Part shown: positions 18,345 to 24,000 of the stretch, in pieces | How the letters are laid out: every line of letters begins with the position of its first letter | Position numbering within the stretch: the stretch's first letter is position 1 | Assembly: GCF_000215085.1 (NCBI RefSeq) | Contig: NC_015589.1 | Coordinates: 2,158,120 to 2,182,119 of the forward strand | From: Desulforamulus ruminis DSM 2154 | Lineage (GTDB): Bacteria > Bacillota > Desulfotomaculia > Desulfotomaculales > Desulfotomaculaceae | DNA: 24,000 nt | Direction: 5' to 3' | Made by a program: the position numbers and the translations under genes | The notes under the pieces: generated by a model | Databases searched by the model: none | Told to the model about the DNA's origin: nothing | The model's input: only the letters and a program-made list of their open reading frames with translations

Positions 18345-19835
18345 TTATATGGAAACCTTCCGTTTGCCGCGTATTTTGCCTTTGGCTGCCGTCCCTTTAT
18401 TCTCCTGCTGTCTGCCGCGGTTCTCTTTATGGTATTGCTTGGGGCGGGGCTTTGGTACATGGGTTTTCTTGACACGCAGGGGTTTTTCCTCTGTCAATTG
18501 AACAGGCGAACGATCGGGCTCCCTGGTTAGACTTTTTAAAGCTGCGGCCAGAAGGGTCACCGAATCGGTTTCCGCCAATAGTTCCTCAGCCAATTTATAG
18601 TAGTGCTGAAAATCTCCTTCTTCAACAATTTTTAGTAATCTCTCCACCGTCAGACGCTGCTGCCCTTCAATGGTCTCTTTCATTGTAGGCACGGACTGCC
18701 GGGTAATCTTTCGTTTAGTAATATTTTCAATCATTCTTAAATGATGAATTTCCCTGGGAGTAACAAAGGTTATGGCTTCCCCTTTTTTACCCGCGCGCCC
18801 GGTTCGCCCGATGCGGTGGACATAGCCCTCGGGGTCCTGGGGGATGTCAAAGTTATAAACATGGGTTACACCGCTGATATCCAATCCCCGTGCCGCCACA
18901 TCCGTGGCCACCAGAACGTCAATGGTCGCCTCTTTAAACTGACGCAGGACACTATCCCTTTTGGACTGGGAAAGATCCCCATGAATCCCTTCGGCTGAAT
19001 AGCCCCGTTTATTTAAGGCTTCATAAAGTTCATCCACCCGGCGTTTGGTACGGCCAAAAACAATGGCCAATTCCGGTGATTGAGTATCCAAAAGCCGGCA
19101 GAGGGCTTCAAACTTTTCTCTTTCCTGAACCTCAATGTAGCTTTGATCAATGCTGGGTACGGTCACTTCCTTGGCTTTAATACTAATAAATTCCGGATCT
19201 TTTAAAAAGCGCTGGGCCAATACCTGGATGGGTTTAGGCATGGTGGCTGAGAAAAGAAGACTCTGACGCTCCTCCGGAATCTCCTGCAGAATGGCTTCAA
19301 TATCCTCGATGAATCCCATATTCAGCATCTCGTCCGCCTCATCCAGGACCACCATCTTAATCCCCTGCAGGCGCAGCGTCCTTCTGTCCATATGATCCAT
19401 CAGCCGGCCCGGAGTACCAACAATGATATGAGGCCTTTTCTTCAAAGCCTTAATCTGCCGGTTAATATCCTGACCACCGTAAATCGGCAGGGTACGAATG
19501 CCTTTTATTTGGCCGATGCGGTTTAACTCCTCGGCCACTTGAACCGCCAACTCCCGGGTGGGAGTAATGACCAGGCCCTGAACCCGATCTGCTTCTTCTT
19601 CAAATTTCTCAACCATGGGAACACCAAAGGCAGCGGTCTTCCCGGTTCCCGTATGGGCCTGTCCAATCAAATCCCTTTGCTGAAGGGCAACGGGTATGGT
19701 TTTTTCCTGAATGGGTGTGGCCTCTTCGAAACCCATGTTGGCCAAGGCCTGGAGCAAAGATTCACTTAACCCCAACTCATAAAAGTATGTCATAAATAAA
19801 AACACGCCTCTCTTCTGACTAGTAAAAGCTGACAC
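18345..19835 (-). CDS. DEAD/DEAH-box ATP-dependent RNA helicase with basic C-terminal tail; true start probably the internal ATG ([14 protein letters not shown]...)
   Basis: [61 protein letters not shown]. Confidence 0.97.
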   Translation of the reverse strand: MSAFTSQKRGVFLFMTYFYELGLSESLLQALANMGFEEATPIQEKTIPVALQQRDLIGQAHTGTGKTAAFGVPMVEKFEEEADRVQGLVITPTRELAVQVAEELNRIGQIKGIRTLPIYGGQDINRQIKALKKRPHIIVGTPGRLMDHMDRRTLRLQGIKMVVLDEADEMLNMGFIEDIEAILQEIPEERQSLLFSATMPKPIQVLAQRFLKDPEFISIKAKEVTVPSIDQSYIEVQEREKFEALCRLLDTQSPELAIVFGRTKRRVDELYEALNKRGYSAEGIHGDLSQSKRDSVLRQFKEATIDVLVATDVAARGLDISGVTHVYNFDIPQDPEGYVHRIGRTGRAGKKGEAITFVTPREIHHLRMIENITKRKITRQSVPTMKETIEGQQRLTVERLLKIVEEGDFQHYYKLAEELLAETDSVTLLAAALKSLTREPDRSPVQLTEEKPLRVKKTHVPKPRPKQYHKENRGRQQENKGTAAKGKIRGKRKVSI

Positions 19836-20022
19836 AAATGAATTTAATTTTTATTTTCTTATCCCCGGTACATATGATTTCCATTTTCAGGGATACTTAC
19901 TCCTTCCCTCTTTACTCATGCAGAAAGCCTCAGTATTTTATGTGAATTTTTTGCTTAAATTGTTATTAACCTTGATAATCTCCTTTAGGGATTTACCAGT
20001 TTATGACGAACGGGATAAAAGA

Positions 20023-20802
20023 TCAGCGTGATAATAATTTCCTGGCATTCTCCCCGAGGATTCCCCGATACTCATGGTCCTTTAAATTCAACCCGTCTAA
20101 ATATTGGGATTCTTTTAAAGGATCACTGATGGGATAATCGCTGCCTAACAAAATCCGTCGGTAACCATGTTCCCGAATCATTTGTTTAAATTTTTCCGGC
20201 GCTAAAAAACCCGCACTGCTGGAAGTATCAAAATATACCTCTCTGCCAACCAGATGTTCCAAAGCCTGATCCCACATCTGCCAGCCGCCCATATGGGCAG
20301 CCACAAACTGCATGCCGGGAAAAAGATCCAATATTCGAGACATTCTTGTCGGTGAAGAGAAATCCTTTCTAAAAGGCGTATCTCCCACGTGGAAAAGAAC
20401 AATAAAATCTGAAACAATTCTTTCATACATGGACAGCGCCTTGGGGTCGTCCATATAAAATTGTTGAAAATTAGGATGAAACTTAATCCCTTTAATGCCG
20501 GCTCGCTTTAATTTTTGGATTTCCCCGTCAATATCCTGGTAATCCGGGTGAAGGGTTCCGAATCCAATCAAGGGGCCCTTGGTATTGCGAATGGCCCAGT
20601 CATTGGCTATTTTTACCTGGGCAGGAACGGTGGCCACAGTAAAAAAGACCGCTGCATCCACCCCCTGGCGCTGGATCAAATTTTGATACTCCTCCAGGGT
20701 CCCTTGATAGGGAACGTCAACTTCATAATAATCGGCCAGTTGATGAGTCACCTTAAAAGCAATACTTTCGGGAAAAAAATGAGCGTGCATATCTATAAAC
20801 AA
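20023..20802 (-). CDS. Amidohydrolase (amidohydrolase_2-like metal-dependent hydrolase)
   Basis: MFIDMHAHFFPE, GIKGIKFHPNFQQF, FVAAHMGGW, RRILLGSDYPISDP, ILGENARKLL. Confidence 0.92.
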   Translation of the reverse strand: MFIDMHAHFFPESIAFKVTHQLADYYEVDVPYQGTLEEYQNLIQRQGVDAAVFFTVATVPAQVKIANDWAIRNTKGPLIGFGTLHPDYQDIDGEIQKLKRAGIKGIKFHPNFQQFYMDDPKALSMYERIVSDFIVLFHVGDTPFRKDFSSPTRMSRILDLFPGMQFVAAHMGGWQMWDQALEHLVGREVYFDTSSSAGFLAPEKFKQMIREHGYRRILLGSDYPISDPLKESQYLDGLNLKDHEYRGILGENARKLLSR

Positions 20803-20860
20803 TCTCTTTACCCCCTATCCTCCTCCATAGAATCTTCTATAAAAAATCTTTAAAAACAGA

Positions 20861-20885
20861 AAAAACCCCTTGGCAGGGGCTTTTT
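20861..20885 (-). terminator. Intrinsic terminator downstream of the TauE/SafE-type gene
   Basis: AAAAACCCCT-TGGC-AGGGGCTTTTT; U-run on both strands. Confidence 0.65.
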
Positions 20886-21074
20886 ATCCAGGGAATAAAT
20901 ATAGCGTTTAACTTCGCCAAAAATCAAAAAGAAACAAACCTACCGTACTAAAATAATATTATACGATAAGAACCTTGGCTTAACAAGACTAAATATGGCA
21001 ATGGTCATATTTTATACCAATCTTTTTTAAATATCCAATAAACTAAAGATCTTTTAAGCTGCTTAGCAGAAACG

Positions 21075-22055
21075 CTAGGGTAAGAAATATTGAGCAATGT
21101 AACTAAAGGCAAGGAATAAAACCAATAGGCAAAGAACGGTTTTAATGATTTTATCCGGAAGAAATTTTTGTATCCTTGCTCCCACATAGGTCCCCAACAA
21201 GCCACCCACACCAAACAAAGTTCCCAGCAACCAGTCCGGCGCAATGGCAACACTGCCGGCTATGGAGGTTGCAGCCAGGAGGTGATAGTAAGCAACCCCG
21301 GCGATGGAGGTGATCAATGTCCCGGCCAGAGCGGCACCGGCCACCGTATAAATAGGTAATCCTAAAACAGCCACACAAAAAGGTGAAATAATGGCCCCTC
21401 CCCCAATGCCGTAAATGCCGCCAATCAACCCCACCGCCAGGGACAGGGTTAAAATAGCCAAGGTGCTGAAGGAATAGGTTTCACCCCAGAATTCATACTC
21501 AACCCTGCGTAAAGAAATGGATTTGGTTTTGACAACCGCCTCCGCAGGCAAACCGGCAGCCAAACGACGGGTATTCTCTACTCTCAGTTTGGCGATTTGC
21601 TCAGCAAATTTCTTTTGCATAATTTTGTTTTGTTCTTTCATCTTTTTATTCCAACCCGCTACTTCCGACAGCAGCCGGTAGCCAAGATACAAAAGAACAA
21701 GGCCCACGAACAATTTAAAGGTCCCGGGATCCGGTAAATATAATATTCTTATCCAGGCGCCGAAAAACACACCGGGCAGCGTACCCAAAACAATAGCCCA
21801 GGTAAGGGGCCAGGCCATTCTTCCTTCCCGGATATACCGGTACAGCCCTCCCGGGATAGCCACAATATTATAAATCATGTTGGTTGGACTTACGGAAGGA
21901 CTTGTATAGTGCAGCACGCTCATTTGAAAGGGCAGCAGTAAAAACGCCCCGGAAACTCCTGCGGAAGCGGTGACGGAAGAAACCAGGAAGGCCACCAGCG
22001 GTGGTATAAAGGGCAGCACATCAATCCCGGATACCGGAAAATGCATTTTTAGCAC
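21075..22055 (-). CDS. Sulfite exporter TauE/SafE (TSUP) family permease
   Basis: Hydrophobic protein with LLLPFQMSVLHYTSPSVSPTNMIYNIVAIPGGLYRY, GLIGGIYGIGGGAIISPFCVAVLGLP and GVGGLLGTYVGARIQKFLP. Confidence 0.93.
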   Translation of the reverse strand: MLKMHFPVSGIDVLPFIPPLVAFLVSSVTASAGVSGAFLLLPFQMSVLHYTSPSVSPTNMIYNIVAIPGGLYRYIREGRMAWPLTWAIVLGTLPGVFFGAWIRILYLPDPGTFKLFVGLVLLYLGYRLLSEVAGWNKKMKEQNKIMQKKFAEQIAKLRVENTRRLAAGLPAEAVVKTKSISLRRVEYEFWGETYSFSTLAILTLSLAVGLIGGIYGIGGGAIISPFCVAVLGLPIYTVAGAALAGTLITSIAGVAYYHLLAATSIAGSVAIAPDWLLGTLFGVGGLLGTYVGARIQKFLPDKIIKTVLCLLVLFLAFSYIAQYFLP

Positions 22056-22212
22056 CCCTTTCTTATTTCCATTCAGGAGTTCAATAGCATTTAACTAATT
22101 CGTCAATCCCTGGACGAAATTTCTTTAATCTATTTGCATCGCGCATATAGATTTTTTATAAAAATACTAAAGATTCATAAATATGTCAATAGCCTTTTAA
22201 CATCCCATGAGA

Positions 22213-22446
22213 TTATTCCATCCACTCTGTAAAGGGCCTGAACAAGGCTTCAATGGCGTGATTAGGATTCGGCAGGGCAACTCCCATTACCTGCAGCAGG
22301 GCCAGAGTAAAGCCAAGGATTAAAAAAAAGCTAAAGGCAGCCAGTTCCCGCCAGGCTTTTTTCTTTACAAGACCCGGCACCTCAAGGAAAACAATGACGC
22401 CAAAGGCTAAGACGATGAGTATAATCATTTCAGAACTCCTATACAT
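22213..22446 (-). CDS. Small two-TM membrane protein associated with the ger operon
   Basis: 77-aa MYRSSEMIILIVLAFGVIVFLEVPGLVKKKAWRELAAFSFFLILGFTLALLQVMGV...; directly downstream of the gerAC-like gene. Confidence 0.75.
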   Translation of the reverse strand: MYRSSEMIILIVLAFGVIVFLEVPGLVKKKAWRELAAFSFFLILGFTLALLQVMGVALPNPNHAIEALFRPFTEWME

Positions 22447-22461
22447 ACAGAATGCTTGGCG

Positions 22462-23655
22462 TTAATCTTCCAGGCTGGTTCTTCTTCTTTGCAGCCCGGT
22501 GCTTTGCAGCTTGGCCTCCGCGGAAATGCTGACTTCTGAATTAACGAATTCCTCGTCCCAGTGATCCTTCATTTCTTTCCATTCTTTTTTATATTTGCGG
22601 TGAAAAACCTCTCCGAAGTCAAAAATATCCACGCCATATACCTCCTGGGCCTTCTCCAAAGCTCCGGTGGACTTGGCAATAATGTTCTCCTCCGCTTTCC
22701 TTTCTAAGGCTGCGATTTTTTCCAAATTAAAGAGTTCTTCCTTTGACTGCTGCTCCAGCAAATTCATTTCACAGGTCATGGAGACTTTAAAATGAATGGT
22801 TTGTCCGTCATAATAGGGTTCCACTTTGGTTTGGGCACGAACAACATTCAGAGAAAGCAGTTTGTCCGGCTCCCCCGGTGAGGGTATGGTAATGGTTCCT
22901 TTTTCTATCTCTCCCCGCAGCCATAACAGCCCCCTGGTTTCCGCAAGATCCAACCAGCCAATGAGCTTTTCGTCTTTAAATACCCCTGTTCCGGTAATGG
23001 CCAGTTCCTCATGTTGAGGCGCTTCTTCCAATCCCGGTCCCTGGGGCTCTCCTTCAGGCTTTAATTCAATAACCGGGGCAAGGGGATTGGTTGCTTTGGA
23101 AGCAAGGTCTATAATAAAATCTTTCAAAATCACTGAAAAGGCCACCTGGTTCCTGGCCAGATAACCCGCGGACTGTGCCGATGTTCTTTCCAGCTCCGAA
23201 TGGCTTTCCAAAACCCTCTTCGCTTCCCCCCGGGTGACAAAAACCCAGGCAGTCTCACGGGGCTCCGGATTGCGTACGAAAAAATTAGTGACATGCCGGA
23301 CGCCTTGTTTCGCCATTTCCTCCCCCAGCACCAGAATAATGCTGTGTCCCCAGTAAAGTCTCCGGTCTACCGTTAGAGCTAATTTCCTCTCTGCTTCAAA
23401 AATAGTATCCCCCACTGCGGATACCACCCAGACGATATTTTGTTTCAACTGGCTTCCGCCGCCGGTCTCCGAACCGCTGCTAAAGGCGGAAGGCCTGGCC
23501 AACTGAAGGGTAATGCGAACTTTCTTATCCGGGGTTAAGTCAACCCCGGCCCCCAGTACAATGGCCAGATCACTGATCTCCCGGCGGCTCCAGCAGCCGC
23601 TGAGCAAGACCAGTACCAGTATCAGGATTAAAAAGGAAATCCTTTTTTTATTCAT
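22462..23655 (-). CDS. Ger(x)C-family spore germination lipoprotein (GerAC-like); start corrected to 23655
   Basis: Lipobox MNKKRISFLILILVLVLLSGCW, EISDLAIVLGAGVDL, HSIILVLGEEMAKQGVRHVTNFFVRNPEPRETAWVFVTRGEAK. The track N-terminus before this Met is out-of-frame read-through of the preceding gene. Confidence 0.93.
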   Translation of the reverse strand: MNKKRISFLILILVLVLLSGCWSRREISDLAIVLGAGVDLTPDKKVRITLQLARPSAFSSGSETGGGSQLKQNIVWVVSAVGDTIFEAERKLALTVDRRLYWGHSIILVLGEEMAKQGVRHVTNFFVRNPEPRETAWVFVTRGEAKRVLESHSELERTSAQSAGYLARNQVAFSVILKDFIIDLASKATNPLAPVIELKPEGEPQGPGLEEAPQHEELAITGTGVFKDEKLIGWLDLAETRGLLWLRGEIEKGTITIPSPGEPDKLLSLNVVRAQTKVEPYYDGQTIHFKVSMTCEMNLLEQQSKEELFNLEKIAALERKAEENIIAKSTGALEKAQEVYGVDIFDFGEVFHRKYKKEWKEMKDHWDEEFVNSEVSISAEAKLQSTGLQRRRTSLED

Positions 23656-24000
23656 GACTTCCCTCCTTCTTACCCCGGAGCCAGGCAATAACCAGCAGCA
23701 GCAGGGGAATACCCACCTCGAAGATGGACAGAGCATAAGCCGGCCAAACCTGAGACAAGAACAGCAATAAATCCAGAATATTGGAGTTGAGAAACATGGA
23801 CAAGGCCACCAGGGTAGCGCCAATGGGAAGCACCAGCGGACGGTAGTCCTTCAGTTCCAATATCTGGGCAGTGCCCAAAACCACTACCCAAAAAAAAACA
23901 GAGATTTTAATAAATCCTCCGGTAACCCAGACGCCCATAACAAAAGGTTCCATTCTTTCTATAAAATTGGCAATGCTGATGATCCTGGCATTGTTCAGGG
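23648..24000 (-). CDS. GerAB-like spore germination permease, C-terminal part (gene continues beyond the window)
   Basis: Open frame from the window edge: NNARIISIANFIERMEPFVMGVWVTGGFIKISVFFWVVVLGTAQILELKDYRPLVLPIGATLVALSM...; overlaps the GerAC start by 8 nt. Confidence 0.87.
   Translation of the reverse strand, partial: LNNARIISIANFIERMEPFVMGVWVTGGFIKISVFFWVVVLGTAQILELKDYRPLVLPIGATLVALSMFLNSNILDLLLFLSQVWPAYALSIFEVGIPLLLLVIAWLRGKKEGSHE

Noticed and set aside
23656-23823. Extended N-terminus of the GerAC-like protein (MALPWWPCPCFSTPIF...)
   Set aside because: Out-of-frame translation of the gerAB-like 3' end. The lipoprotein signal peptide starts at 23655.

Overview
Chromosomal window from an endospore-forming, anaerobic Firmicute; the lineage is inferred from gerA-type genes, pfl genes and gene style. 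The features are a glycyl radical enzyme (truncated by the window edge) in an operon with a GntR/FCD regulator, rsgA, a copper-amine-oxidase-like stalk protein, an IS110-family element with a frameshifted transposase, a DsbA/FrnE-like oxidoreductase, gap, a GlpP-like antiterminator protein, an HD phosphohydrolase, a three-gene permease/DUF1980-like/CobW-like cluster, pflA, an SMR pump with its TetR regulator, pflB, an ArsR regulator, a DEAD-box helicase, an amidohydrolase, a TauE-like permease and part of a ger operon. The most notable signals are as follows. (1) The DsbA/FrnE-like gene starts at 6546, not at the TTG at 6624. It has an in-frame TGA at the first position of its CxxC motif (FSDYA-U-PFCYIGK), followed by a SECIS-compatible hairpin, so it is very probably an unannotated selenoprotein. 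(2) A ZTP (pfl-motif) riboswitch with a terminator expression platform lies directly upstream of pflB. (3) gap has an attenuator-like leader and sits next to a GlpP-like gene. (4) A perfect 11+2+11 operator sits inside the 17-nt promoter spacer of the tetR-SMR cassette, which separates pflB from pflA. (5) A 28-aa small ORF has a strong RBS, a palindromic promoter region and its own terminator. (6) The rsgA leader is structured and contains a tiny ORF. No CRISPR array, tRNA or rRNA was recognised. All calls come from reading sequence and motifs; no database search was run.
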